DNA from: Bacteroidota bacterium | GTDB taxonomy: Bacteria > Bacteroidota > Bacteroidia > NS11-12g > UBA955 | Reading direction: 5' to 3' | Assembly: GCA_013205405.1 (NCBI GenBank) | Contig: JABMMZ010000065.1 | Location: 3,252-67,251, forward strand | Length of the DNA: 64,000 nt | Shown here: piece after piece, positions 16,969 to 27,035 of the stretch | How positions within the stretch are numbered: position 1 is the first letter of the stretch | How the letters are laid out: every line of letters begins with the position of its first letter | Position numbers and translations under genes: made by a program | The notes under the pieces: model-generated | The model's input: only the letters and a program-made list of their open reading frames with translations | Told to the model about the DNA's origin: nothing | Database searches by the model: none

Positions 16969-19122
16969 TTATTTAAAGAATAATAAATCTCTGTACTTAG
17001 GAAGTTTCCAAGCATCATTATCTATTAGTTCTTCTAATTTATCTGCACTTTCGCGAATACTTTCAAAGTATGGTTTTACTTTATCGCAATAAGCCTTAGC
17101 ACGTTTATCAGCATGCGACAAGTTATTCGCTTTTCTGCGTTCTTCGGTCATTTTTGCATTGTTTTCCCAAATAGCATTCACATTTTCAGATATTTCTTTT
17201 GCTATTTCATTCAATGCTTTTGTGGTACTTTTAGCATGTCCAATTCTGGCTAAACCTTCAATAGAATCTATTAATTGTTTTTGATAATTTACAGCTGAAG
17301 GTATTACATAGTTTTTTACCAATTCGCCTAATATTCTGCCTTCTATTTGCACCTTTAATAAATAATTTTCAAATTTAATTTCAGTACGGGCTTCTAATTC
17401 TTTGGTTGTGAAAATACCATTATTAATAAATAAATCGTGTGTTTTTTTGGTATTATAAGCATCCAAAGCATAAGGCGTAGTTTTAATATTATTTAAACCA
17501 CGTTTAGCCGCTTCTTTTACCCACTCGTCACCATAACCATTGCCTTCAAAAATTATTTTTTTGCTGCTTTTGATATACCCTCTTAATATTTGCTCAATAG
17601 CCTCTGTTTTACTTATTTTTTTCTTCATTAAGGCATCCACTTCTTTTTTAAAGTTAGCTAATTGATTGGCCATAATAGTATTTAAAACAATAATGGCATT
17701 AGCACAATGATCGCTACTGCCTACGGCTCTAAATTCAAATTTATTACCTGTAAAAGCAAATGGTGAAGTGCGGTTTCTATCCGTATTATCTAATAATATT
17801 TCTGGAATACGGTAAACATTAATGGTTTTTTCGCTTACTCTACTTGGTTTTTTACTTACTTTATCTGCCTCAAATTGGTTTAAAACTTCTGATAAAGTAC
17901 TACCAATAAATACACTCATAATAGCTGGAGGTGCTTCGTTGGCTCCAAGACGATGGTCGTTTGCAGCAGTAGCAATACTTGCTCTTAATAAATCTGCGTT
18001 ATCATAAACAGCTTTAATGGTATTGATAAAGAATGTCAAAAATTGTAAATTATCTTGAGGACTTTGCCCAGGTGAAAATAAATTTACACCTGTATCGGTT
18101 ACAATACTCCAATTATTATGTTTGCCGCTTCCATTTACACCTTTAAAAGGTTTCTCGTGCCATATTACTTTTAAATTATGACGGTTAGCAACATTTTGCA
18201 TTACATCCATTAATAAAGAATTGTGATCAATAGCTACATCAGCTTCTTCAAACATAGGTGCACATTCAAACTGTCCAGGTGCTACTTCATTGTGACGGGT
18301 TTTCAAGGGAATTCCTAATTTTAAAGCTTCTTGCTCAAAATCGGTCATGTAATTATAAACTCTATCCGGAATACTACCAAAATAATGATCTTCTAGTTGC
18401 TGCCCTTTGGCTGGCATATTACCTACCAATGTTCTACCTGCAAATACTAAATCTGGTCTTTTATTATACAACTCAGCATCTACTAAAAAGTACTCCTGTT
18501 CAATACCCAAACTCACTTTTGCATTTTTTACTTTTGCATCAAATAATTGGCAAACTTCCGTAGTAGTTTTGGTTAAAAAATTAGTTGATTTTATTAAAGG
18601 AGCTTTATAATCTAATGCCTCGCCTGTGTAGGCTACAAATATGGTAGGAATACATAAGGTTTTACCACTTGCTTTTTCCATAATAAAAGCTGGAGAAGAA
18701 GGATCCCAAGCACTGTAACCACGTGCTTCGAATGTATTGCGGATACCACCATTTGGAAAACTAGAAGCATCTGGCTCTTGTTGTACTAAAGCTTTTCCGC
18801 TAAAAGATTCAACTCCGGTATCAATGCCAGTAGGGTCGAAAAAGGCATCATGCTTTTCGGCAGTAGCACCACGCAATGGTTGAAACCAATGGGTATAATG
18901 GGTAGCACCTTTGCTTATTGCCCAATTTTTCATGCCATCGGCTATTTGGTCGGCCATTTTTCTATCCATACTTTTGCCTGTATTGCGGGCTTCGTTTACC
19001 GCTTTTATAGCGTCTTTGCTAACATACTCGGCCATGGCTTGTGGTCCAAAAATGTTTTCTCCGAAGAATTCAGAAATTTGTTTCATTTTTTTTGGTTGAT
19101 TTGATATTTGACTTACTGACAT
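16969..19122 (-). CDS. glnN: glutamine synthetase, type III
   Basis: 717 aa, the length class of type III GS. It has the N-terminal SEFFGENIFG... region typical of Bacteroidota GSIII, and the GS catalytic-region motifs NGSGKHNNWS and EVAPGQFE. A -7 box at 19138-19145 supports the 19122 start. Confidence 0.9.
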   Translation of the reverse strand: MSVSQISNQPKKMKQISEFFGENIFGPQAMAEYVSKDAIKAVNEARNTGKSMDRKMADQIADGMKNWAISKGATHYTHWFQPLRGATAEKHDAFFDPTGIDTGVESFSGKALVQQEPDASSFPNGGIRNTFEARGYSAWDPSSPAFIMEKASGKTLCIPTIFVAYTGEALDYKAPLIKSTNFLTKTTTEVCQLFDAKVKNAKVSLGIEQEYFLVDAELYNKRPDLVFAGRTLVGNMPAKGQQLEDHYFGSIPDRVYNYMTDFEQEALKLGIPLKTRHNEVAPGQFECAPMFEEADVAIDHNSLLMDVMQNVANRHNLKVIWHEKPFKGVNGSGKHNNWSIVTDTGVNLFSPGQSPQDNLQFLTFFINTIKAVYDNADLLRASIATAANDHRLGANEAPPAIMSVFIGSTLSEVLNQFEADKVSKKPSRVSEKTINVYRIPEILLDNTDRNRTSPFAFTGNKFEFRAVGSSDHCANAIIVLNTIMANQLANFKKEVDALMKKKISKTEAIEQILRGYIKSSKKIIFEGNGYGDEWVKEAAKRGLNNIKTTPYALDAYNTKKTHDLFINNGIFTTKELEARTEIKFENYLLKVQIEGRILGELVKNYVIPSAVNYQKQLIDSIEGLARIGHAKSTTKALNEIAKEISENVNAIWENNAKMTEERRKANNLSHADKRAKAYCDKVKPYFESIRESADKLEELIDNDAWKLPKYRDLLFFK

Positions 19123-19137
19123 AATTTTTTAGTGCTG

Positions 19138-19145
19138 CAAAAATA
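19138..19145 (-). promoter_or_regulatory. Bacteroidota -7 promoter element (TAnnTTTG) for glnN
   Basis: The minus strand reads TATTTTTG, 15 nt upstream of ATG 19122. Confidence 0.5.
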
Positions 19146-19256
19146 TGTTACTTGAGAAAAATCCAAACGTTTAAAATATTAATTAACCTAAATTTAATAC
19201 AAAATATATCATATATAATGAAAAAATAGATAATAATCATCATATTTGTATCATAA

Positions 19257-20228
19257 TTGAAAAAAATTAGTGAATATAAAATATCTGAAAGTTACGCTAT
19301 TGTAAAAAATAGTGTAGAAAGCTACCGTAGTTTGGCAGAATTAAACGGTTTCTTAAAATCAAAATCTCTGGAAACCCTTGCTTCAGAATATACGAACGCT
19401 TATGCTTTAGAAATTAAGTATGCTCTAGAAATAGAAAATAATTGGATTTCGCCTTTGCGCTTATTTGAAACTTTAAGCCTCAATAAAAAATCAAATGATA
19501 GAAATTTACATATTTTAAAGCTGTGTTTAGAGCATTTCAGGCAATTTCCTTTGCTGAATTCTATTTCCTTACAACCTATATTATTAAATGAATTTGGTAA
19601 AAAGCTTAAACCACACGAGGAACTTACTATTTTAACTTTTAAAAAAGAATTTAATTTATATCTATCAGAAAACGATACGGAAGATGGACTTTTACAAGCC
19701 ATTTTACTATTTGGCTATGTGTTACATTTCAAACCTTTTCAAGTAGCCAATCAGTATTCGGCTATGTATGTTTTCTTATCTATTTTAAAAGAAAAAAAAA
19801 TACTCAATTTACCCATATTACCTTTAGTGCAATATATTAAGCAAGATTTTAAAACGGTAAATGATTTATTGTTTGATGCATTTGAGTATAAGAATACTCA
19901 ACCATGGGTTATTTTTATGCAAAATTTGATTTATACAACTAGCCAATTTAAACTGAATCAGCTATTACAAATAGAGAGTTTAAAAAAGGTAACTATTGAT
20001 CAACTTGCTAAATACCCTCATATTAATTTACCAGTTTCACCTTTAACATACATTTTGTTTTCGCATATTTATATCAAAGCAACTTACCTTATTGAAACCT
20101 TAAACTGCCATAGACAAACAGCTTACGCCTATCTAAATCATTTACAACAAATGGGCATTTTAATTGAAAAAAAAGTGGGAAGAGAAAAATTATATTTGCA
20201 TAAACGGTATATGGATTTGATTTTGTAA
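19257..20228 (+). CDS. Fic/DOC-family protein with a degenerate active-site motif and a C-terminal winged HTH
   Basis: 323 aa. At the Fic-motif position (HxFx[D/E]GNGRxxR) it reads HFKPFQVANQYSAM (19725-19766). The C-terminus ETLNCHRQTAYAYLNHLQQMGILIEKKVGREKLY is wHTH-like. The start is a TTG, and there is no in-frame ATG near the N-terminus. Confidence 0.6.
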   Translation: MKKISEYKISESYAIVKNSVESYRSLAELNGFLKSKSLETLASEYTNAYALEIKYALEIENNWISPLRLFETLSLNKKSNDRNLHILKLCLEHFRQFPLLNSISLQPILLNEFGKKLKPHEELTILTFKKEFNLYLSENDTEDGLLQAILLFGYVLHFKPFQVANQYSAMYVFLSILKEKKILNLPILPLVQYIKQDFKTVNDLLFDAFEYKNTQPWVIFMQNLIYTTSQFKLNQLLQIESLKKVTIDQLAKYPHINLPVSPLTYILFSHIYIKATYLIETLNCHRQTAYAYLNHLQQMGILIEKKVGREKLYLHKRYMDLIL

Positions 20229-20287
20229 AATAAAGGTATACCAATTATATTCGTGGTATGATTATAAAATATATATATTCCTAAATA

Positions 20288-21077
20288 ATGAAACTTTACC
20301 ATATTGTTTCATTAATTATAATCCTTAGCTATACTTGCAGTAGTGAAAGTAAATTCATCTATCAAAATGAAACAAAAGAACTCAGTGTTTCAAATGTAGA
20401 AATTCCTTATGATATCACAATTAAAACAATCAATATATTGTTAGCCTTATGCGACAATAAATGCCAAGGCATAGTACCTGTGCCAGCAGGAATATGCAAT
20501 GGACAGCACTGTGACAGTAGTTTATATTGGGGTTATGGTATGATATTCGTTCTTATTTCAAAAAAAGTAAAGAATGGAAATTGGTAAAAACCATTGCCAT
20601 AGATTCTATAAAAATGGAGCGTGTGGTTTTTAAACATGTTTCTAAAAATTATTATTTAATTGCTGATGCTTACAATGGTAAATATATAAAAACTTGTACT
20701 CAAGATTTTTTGAAAAGTTGTGCTGGTAGTTTAAAGGATACTATTCAAATAAATAATAAAGTTTTAGGTATTAATGGAAATACTGAATTATTGAGTTATA
20801 TTGGCCATGATGGTTTAATGGATTTTGAATTGAATGATACCTTTGTCAATACAGATGGTAAAAAAAGAGATTGTATTATTTTGCCTGTATTAGCAAAAGC
20901 TATTTTGCTCCTTATTTAATTCCTACTAAAGCCAACCCTTTCGTGTGGACCACAGGATTAATGTACCCCGAGGTCTACACCTTGCACGATGCCATAACGG
21001 GTTTTATAAATAATGAAAATGTAGAAATGATTAGAACACGCGCTGCAATGGCTTATTCAAAATACCATCCTTCTTGA
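20288..21077 (+). pseudogene. conserved-hypothetical lipoprotein gene broken by two apparent 1-nt deletions
   Basis: Three ORFs in successive frames (20288-20587, 20527-20919, 20871-21077) read through as one coherent protein. LYWGYG continues in the next frame as IRSYFKKSKEWKLVKT, and KKRDCII continues as ACISKSYFAPYLIPTKANPFVWTTGLM. The second shift lies at a T4 run (20877-20880). Confidence 0.6.
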
Positions 21078-21124
21078 AGCGCTGCCTGCGCTAAAAGGCT
21101 TTTGATAACTGGATTTTAGTTAAA

Positions 21125-21346
21125 CTATTTTATTTCTTCAAAATCTACATATTCGCCCTCATCATTTTTTTCTTTTTGAGAGGATGCTTTTTGCGAATTC
21201 TGACTGGTATTTTGTTGATTAACTTTTTGATTTAAATCGTTCATTTGCTCACTAAAACCTTTTTGCACTTTTTTAACAGCAAAAAACATTCTGAGAAATT
21301 GCCAGATTAAATATACAATAAAAATATTGAAAAGAATTTTACCCAT
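21125..21346 (-). CDS. small membrane protein (DUF4834-like)
   Basis: 73 aa with an N-terminal TM helix, a low-complexity Q/S-rich linker, and an acidic C-terminus EGEYVDFEEIK that I recall as typical of DUF4834. Confidence 0.5.
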   Translation of the reverse strand: MGKILFNIFIVYLIWQFLRMFFAVKKVQKGFSEQMNDLNQKVNQQNTSQNSQKASSQKEKNDEGEYVDFEEIK

Positions 21347-21379
21347 TATAATAGTTTACAAAACTAAATACTATTTCAC

Positions 21380-22369
21380 TTACACCAAATTATTTTCGAC
21401 TAAATATTCAGCAATCTGTATGGCATTGGTAGCTGCCCCTTTGCGCAAATTATCTGCTACTATCCAACAATTAAGGGTATTTACCTGTGTTTCATCTCGT
21501 CTTATTCTACCTACAAATACGGCATCTTTATTATGAGCATTTAATGGCATTGGATAAATTAAATTTTTAAGGTCATCTTGCAAAATAATACCATCCGAGT
21601 TGGCTAATAAAGTTTTTACTTCCTCAATATCAAAATCATTTTCAAACTCAATATTTAAACTTTCACTATGACCACCCATTACTGGCACACGCACAGCAGT
21701 AGCAGTAAGTTGTATCGAATTATCCCCCATTATTTTTTTAGTTTCATTTACCATTTTCATTTCTTCTTTGGTATATCCATTGTCCATAAATACATCAATA
21801 TGCGGCAGTAAATTCATATCAATAGTATAGGGATAAGCTTTTTCTCCTTCAATATTGGCGCGTTCATTCATCATTTGATCAACCGCTTTTTTACCTGTAC
21901 CAGTAACACTTTGATAAGTACTAACTACAATACGTTTAATTTTATATTTTGAATGCAACGGTTTTAAAACTACAACCATTTGAATGGTGCTGCAATTAGG
22001 GTTTGCGATAATCTTATCTTTTTTGGTTAATACATTTGCATTTACCTCGGGTACTATTAATTTTTTGTTGTCATCCATACGCCAAGCAGATGAATTATCT
22101 ATTACGGTGGTGCCTAATTCGGCAAACTTGGGCGCCCACTCTAAACTTGTATTGCCACCTGCAGAAAATAAGGCAATATCTGGTTTTAAATTAATAGCCT
22201 CTTGCATACCAATGACTTTATAAGTATTATTTTTAAAATAAATACTTTGTCCAATAGATTTTTCGGATGCTACTGGCAACAATTCAGTAACTGGAAAATT
22301 TCTTTCCTCTAAAATTTCTAACATTTTGGTACCTACTAAGCCAGTAGCACCTACCACAGCTATTCTCAT
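21380..22369 (-). CDS. asd: aspartate-semialdehyde dehydrogenase
   Basis: 329 aa with the N-terminal Rossmann motif VGATGLVG, the active-site Cys context IIANPNCSTIQMV, and the C-terminal ADNLRKGAA. Confidence 0.93.
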   Translation of the reverse strand: MRIAVVGATGLVGTKMLEILEERNFPVTELLPVASEKSIGQSIYFKNNTYKVIGMQEAINLKPDIALFSAGGNTSLEWAPKFAELGTTVIDNSSAWRMDDNKKLIVPEVNANVLTKKDKIIANPNCSTIQMVVVLKPLHSKYKIKRIVVSTYQSVTGTGKKAVDQMMNERANIEGEKAYPYTIDMNLLPHIDVFMDNGYTKEEMKMVNETKKIMGDNSIQLTATAVRVPVMGGHSESLNIEFENDFDIEEVKTLLANSDGIILQDDLKNLIYPMPLNAHNKDAVFVGRIRRDETQVNTLNCWIVADNLRKGAATNAIQIAEYLVENNLV

Positions 22370-22500
22370 GTTACAAAAGTAATTATTTTATTTAGGTTAT
22401 GATATAAAAAAATTAACCTTTACATCTACTAAATACTACAACTTGAGAAGTAAATAGTATAATAAAAACAAATATTTGTTTGATAAACTAACTAAAAGTA

Positions 22501-22508
22501 TAAATTTG
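22501..22508 (+). promoter_or_regulatory. -7 promoter element (TAnnTTTG) for gdh
   Basis: TAAATTTG, 33 nt upstream of ATG 22542. Confidence 0.45.
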
Positions 22509-22541
22509 TGACCTTTATTTAATCAAAAATATATTCATAAA

Positions 22542-23804
22542 ATGAGTAATGAAACTATCCACAGCAATTTGAATCCATTGGATTCGATGATGAAGCGCTT
22601 TGATGAAGCCGCTAAAATTATAGGTTTAGATGAATCGGCCTACAATACTTTAAAATACCCAATGCGCATAGTTACAGTGCATTTGCCAGTGATAATGGAC
22701 AATGGCAAAGTGCAAGTTTTTGAAGGTCATAGAGTTCAACATAGCACTACTTTAGGACCGAGCAAAGGCGGTATACGTTACAGCATGGATGTTAATTTAG
22801 ATGAGGTAAAAGCCTTAGCTGCTTGGATGACATGGAAAACAGCTGTAGTAGGTATTCCTTATGGTGGCGCTAAAGGTGGAATTACTTGCGACCCTAAAAA
22901 TATGAGTAAGGGAGAATTAGAAAGATTAACACGTGCCTATGCCGCTTCTATGAGTGATGTATTTGGCCCAGATAAAGATATTCCTGCTCCTGATATGAAT
23001 ACTGGCCAACAAGAAATGGCTTGGATAGTAGATGAATATTCAAAAATTAAAGGTCAATACACACCTGCTGTTATTACAGGCAAACCTATTTCTATGGGTG
23101 GTTCACTTGGAAGAGTAGAAGCAACTGGAAGAGGTGTTATGGTGTGTACGCGTTCTGCTATGGCTAAAATGGGATTAAAACCAGAAGAATGCACCTGTGT
23201 AGTTCAAGGTTTTGGTAATGTAGGTTCTATTTCTGCTAAATTGATAGAAATGTTAGGTGTAAAAATAATAGGTATTAGCGATGTTACTGGTGGATATTAC
23301 AATTCTGAAGGTATAAGTGTTGAAGAAGCCATGGCGTTCACTAAAGCGAATGGGAATTTAGGTGGTTACAATGGTGGTAAAAAAATAAGCAATTCAGAAC
23401 TACTAGAAAGCGAGTGTACTATATTAGTTCCTGCTGCTATGGAAGATCAAATAACAGCTGATAATGCAAGTAATATTAAAGCCAAATTGATAGTAGAAGG
23501 TGCTAACGGACCAACAAGTGCTAATGCTGATAAAATATTAAATGACAAAGGTATCATTATAGTACCTGACATTTTAGCCAATGCCGGTGGTGTTACTGTA
23601 TCCTATTTTGAATGGGTGCAAAACAGAATGGGTTATTTTTGGACAGAAGAACGTGTAAACAGAAGAGCAGATAGAGTTATGAAAAGTGCCTTTGATAATG
23701 TTTTTGAAACCGGAAAATCTCATAAAGTAAGTTTAAGAACAGCAGCTTATATAGTAGCCATAGAAAAAGTAGCCACAACTCAAAAATTCAGAGGAGTATT
23801 TTAG
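22542..23804 (+). CDS. gdh: Glu/Leu/Phe/Val dehydrogenase family; glutamate dehydrogenase
   Basis: 420 aa with GPSKGGIRY, PYGGAKGG (catalytic Lys region) and the dinucleotide fold GFGNVG. Confidence 0.9.
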   Translation: MSNETIHSNLNPLDSMMKRFDEAAKIIGLDESAYNTLKYPMRIVTVHLPVIMDNGKVQVFEGHRVQHSTTLGPSKGGIRYSMDVNLDEVKALAAWMTWKTAVVGIPYGGAKGGITCDPKNMSKGELERLTRAYAASMSDVFGPDKDIPAPDMNTGQQEMAWIVDEYSKIKGQYTPAVITGKPISMGGSLGRVEATGRGVMVCTRSAMAKMGLKPEECTCVVQGFGNVGSISAKLIEMLGVKIIGISDVTGGYYNSEGISVEEAMAFTKANGNLGGYNGGKKISNSELLESECTILVPAAMEDQITADNASNIKAKLIVEGANGPTSANADKILNDKGIIIVPDILANAGGVTVSYFEWVQNRMGYFWTEERVNRRADRVMKSAFDNVFETGKSHKVSLRTAAYIVAIEKVATTQKFRGVF

Positions 23805-24461
23805 ATGTTAATGCATAGAGAAGGTTATAAAATAATAATAGTTACGTTGCTAATTTTAGCTGGGTTAAATATTGCTGTGATGTCATTTTTAGGAGACATT
23901 CATATTGTATCACGCATTGTATTGGCTATTTCATTGGTATTTTTTATTTTGATTCTTCAATTTTTTAGAAATCCAGCAAGAAACACCATTTTAAATGAAA
24001 ACCATGTAATAGCGCCCGCTGATGGCACTGTTGTAGTAATAGAAGAGGTAGAAGAACCTGAATATTTTAAGGATAAACGCAAACAAGTTAGTATTTTTAT
24101 GAGTCCAATAAATGTGCATGTTAACCGAAATCCTATTTCAGGAACAGTTAAATATGCCAAATACCATCCTGGTAAGTATTTAGTAGCTTGGCATCCAAAA
24201 AGCAGTACTGAAAATGAAAGAACTACTGTTGTAATTGCCAATAGCAGAGCAGAAGTATTGTTCAGACAAATAGCTGGTGCCCTTGCAAAACGTATAGTTT
24301 ACTATGTAAAAGAAGGCGATCAAGTACAACAAGGTGGCGAAATGGGCTTTATAAAATTTGGTAGCCGTATAGATTTATATTTACCATTAACAGCAACCAT
24401 TCATGTTACTTTACAACAAAAAGCCAAAGGGGGCGAAACCGTAGTTGCTACTTTGGCTTGA
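23805..24461 (+). CDS. psd: phosphatidylserine decarboxylase (short form)
   Basis: 218 aa with N-terminal TM segments and the self-cleavage-type motif FIKFGSRIDLYLP. The start codon directly abuts the gdh stop codon. Confidence 0.85.
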   Translation: MLMHREGYKIIIVTLLILAGLNIAVMSFLGDIHIVSRIVLAISLVFFILILQFFRNPARNTILNENHVIAPADGTVVVIEEVEEPEYFKDKRKQVSIFMSPINVHVNRNPISGTVKYAKYHPGKYLVAWHPKSSTENERTTVVIANSRAEVLFRQIAGALAKRIVYYVKEGDQVQQGGEMGFIKFGSRIDLYLPLTATIHVTLQQKAKGGETVVATLA

Positions 24462-24479
24462 TAATTGAAATAAAAATAA

Positions 24480-24487
24480 TATATTTG
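24480..24487 (+). promoter_or_regulatory. -7 promoter element (TAnnTTTG)
   Basis: TATATTTG, 28 nt upstream of ATG 24516. Confidence 0.45.
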
Positions 24488-24515
24488 AAGTAATCAAATT
24501 AAACCAAATAATAAT

Positions 24516-24773
24516 ATGAAAAAAATAATTTTATCAATTTGCTTATTCGTAGCTATAGCGACTGTAAGTAATGCTCAAACACCACCTAAAAAAGGAAAAA
24601 AACCAACACCAGCTGTACAGCAAGCACATCCTGAGAATGCAGCAACAACTACTGCACCTGCAACTACTGCGCCTGCTTCTACTGCGCCTGCAACTACTGA
24701 AACTAAACCTGCTACAGAAGCACCTGCTTGCTGCAAAAAGAAAGCAGCTACTTGTTGCAAGAAAAAAGTATAG
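24516..24773 (+). CDS. small secreted low-complexity protein with a TTAPA repeat and a C-terminal CCKKK-x4-CCKKK tail
   Basis: 85 aa with signal peptide MKKIILSICLFVAIATVSNAQ, an Ala/Thr/Pro repeat, and the tail ACCKKKAATCCKKKV. It has its own -7 box and terminator. Confidence 0.6.
   Translation: MKKIILSICLFVAIATVSNAQTPPKKGKKPTPAVQQAHPENAATTTAPATTAPASTAPATTETKPATEAPACCKKKAATCCKKKV
24648..24692 (+). repeat. three tandem 15-nt repeats (actactgcRcctgcW) encoding T-T/S-A-P-A
   Basis: The units at 24648-24662, 24663-24677 and 24678-24692 differ at 1-3 positions. A fourth partial unit follows. Confidence 0.8.
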
Positions 24774-24801
24774 TTTATTAACTTACAACATTTTAATAAT
24801 T

Positions 24802-24827
24802 AAAAGCCCTAATAATTTAGGGCTTTT
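24802..24827 (+). terminator. rho-independent terminator
   Basis: 11-bp stem aaaagccctaa (24802-24812) / ttagggctttt (24817-24827) with loop taat, followed by a T-rich tract. Confidence 0.8.
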
Positions 24828-24866
24828 TTATTTTTTCATTATTTTTGCGCCCTAAATTATTATTTT

Positions 24867-27035
24867 TTGAAACATTTATTCCTTTTATTCTTTTTACTCA
24901 TATTTATCCCTGTTTTTTCGCAAATTGGTTATAAAATACAGGCTAATTTAGTAGCTAAAAATAATATACAAATAGATGGGTTAATAAGTGAATTGTCATG
25001 GAAAAATGCCGACAGCATTCATCAATTTTGGCAAAACTTTCCCTACGATACATCAATAGCAGAAACTAAAACCACAGTTAAGGTTTTAACAGATGATAAG
25101 TTTTTATATATTGCTGCTAATTGCTACGATGGCCTAAAAGGTAATTATATAGTTACCTCCTTAAAAAGAGATTTCTCTTATCCTAAAAGCGATGCCTTTT
25201 CTGTTCATATAGATCCATTTAACGACAATGCCAATGGCTTTGCATTTACTGTTAGTCCATTTGGTGTGCAACGAGAAGGACTGATACAAAATGGCGGCAA
25301 CCAAGGCGTAACTACCGACTGGGATAATAAATGGCTTACAGAAACAAAATTGCATTCATGGGGCTATACTGTTGAAATGGCTATTCCGTTTAAAAGTTTG
25401 CGGTACAACAATGGCGATAGTATTTGGCATATTAATTTTTCGAGAAACGATTTAAAACGAAACGAAAACAGTACATGGAAACCTGTGCCTCGAAATATGA
25501 ATATTGCAAGTTTGGTAAATACTGGTATTTTAAAATGGCAGACGCCTCCTCCTAAACAAGGTTTTAATGCCGCCATCATACCTTATATAATTGCCTCTAT
25601 TAATCAACCCAATAGTCAGAAAGATGAATTTTCACAAAAATACAATGCTGGTTTAGACGCTAAAATAGTGCTCACACCATCTCTTAATTTAGATATTACT
25701 ACAAATCCAGATTTTGCTCAGGTAGAGGTTGATAGACAAGTGATAAATTTAACACGCTTTAGCATTTTTTTTCCTGAAAGACGCAATTTTTTTATTGAAA
25801 ATTCGGATTTATTTGCTTCATTTGGATTTAGACAAATTCGCCCTTTTTTTAGCCGACAAATAGGGCTTAAAAAGGGGATTAATATTCCAATTTATTATGG
25901 CGTTCGACTAAGCGGAAAATTTGATGCCAACTGGCGAATAGGTGCTATGAATATTCAAACCAACGATTCAAATAATTATAGTGTAGCAGCCTTTCAGCGG
26001 AAAATATTCAGCAGTAGTAATATTGCAGGTATATTAGTAAACAAAGTACAACTATTTAATCCTGAAAAATTTAACCGTGTAGCAGGTTTAGATTATAATT
26101 TACAAAGTAAAAATGGTAAATGGTTAGGTAAAGCTTTTTGGCACCAATCCTTTAGTGAAGTAAAAAATAACAACTCTTTTGCCAATGCCACCTGGTTATA
26201 CTTTACAGATAAAACCATGTATTTTATGTGGAACCACGAATATGTAGATAAAACTTTTAATGCTACTACTGGCTTTGTACCCCGTACGTCTTACTATGAT
26301 ATGAAAACGGGCAAAACCTTAATGCTCTCTTATTTTAGAATTGAGCCTGAAGCTGGTTATAAATTTTTTCCAAAATCAAAACTTATTAATAATATAAACC
26401 CTGAAGTTTATAGTGATATTTATAAAAATTCAGATTGGAGTAAGAACGATATTTTAGTAACACCTTCGGTAGCAATTAATTTTCAAAATAGTGCCATTGC
26501 TTCTGTTTTATATAATATTCATCAAACTAATTTATTGTTCGATACTGATGTATTAGGCAATGGTAAAGATACTTTTTACAAAGGAATTTATAATTATAGA
26601 TATTTTTCAGCTTTTTTTCAATCAAACAAACGCAAGTTATTTTCTTACTATTTAAATTCTACTATTGGTGAATTTTACAATGGCAAAAGACAAAATTTTA
26701 AAGCTGATTTAAGTTATAGAATTCAACCTTATTTTATATTTGGACTGAGTAGTTCTTTAGATTTAATTCAAATAAATTATGCCACTAAAAAATTAGATAG
26801 AAGCTTGATTTTAATAGCCCCATCAGTTGAAATTTCCTTTACTAAAAAACTATTTTTTACCACCTTTGCTCAATACAATTCGCAATTAGATAATATTAAT
26901 ATCAATACACGGTTACAATACCGTTTTAAACCAATGAGTGATTTCTATCTAGTTTACAGCGATAATTATTTTACTACTTGGAAAGCCAAGAATAGAGGAA
27001 TTACTTTAAAATTGGTGTATTGGTTGAATACTTAA
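24867..27035 (+). CDS. outer-membrane-associated protein with an N-terminal CBM9-like domain (DUF5916-like family)
   Basis: 722 aa with signal peptide [19 protein letters not shown]. The segment [23 protein letters not shown] is typical of the family as I recall it. The C-terminal two-thirds are beta-rich with aromatic residues. The start is a TTG. Confidence 0.5.
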   Translation: MKHLFLLFFLLIFIPVFSQIGYKIQANLVAKNNIQIDGLISELSWKNADSIHQFWQNFPYDTSIAETKTTVKVLTDDKFLYIAANCYDGLKGNYIVTSLKRDFSYPKSDAFSVHIDPFNDNANGFAFTVSPFGVQREGLIQNGGNQGVTTDWDNKWLTETKLHSWGYTVEMAIPFKSLRYNNGDSIWHINFSRNDLKRNENSTWKPVPRNMNIASLVNTGILKWQTPPPKQGFNAAIIPYIIASINQPNSQKDEFSQKYNAGLDAKIVLTPSLNLDITTNPDFAQVEVDRQVINLTRFSIFFPERRNFFIENSDLFASFGFRQIRPFFSRQIGLKKGINIPIYYGVRLSGKFDANWRIGAMNIQTNDSNNYSVAAFQRKIFSSSNIAGILVNKVQLFNPEKFNRVAGLDYNLQSKNGKWLGKAFWHQSFSEVKNNNSFANATWLYFTDKTMYFMWNHEYVDKTFNATTGFVPRTSYYDMKTGKTLMLSYFRIEPEAGYKFFPKSKLINNINPEVYSDIYKNSDWSKNDILVTPSVAINFQNSAIASVLYNIHQTNLLFDTDVLGNGKDTFYKGIYNYRYFSAFFQSNKRKLFSYYLNSTIGEFYNGKRQNFKADLSYRIQPYFIFGLSSSLDLIQINYATKKLDRSLILIAPSVEISFTKKLFFTTFAQYNSQLDNININTRLQYRFKPMSDFYLVYSDNYFTTWKAKNRGITLKLVYWLNT

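Noticed and set aside
22374-22381. A TAnnTTTG match (minus strand TACTTTTG) only 4 nt upstream of the asd start codon
   Set aside because: It is too close to the ATG to serve as a -7 box for a normal leadered transcript. It could indicate a leaderless mRNA or a chance match, so I have not listed it as a feature.
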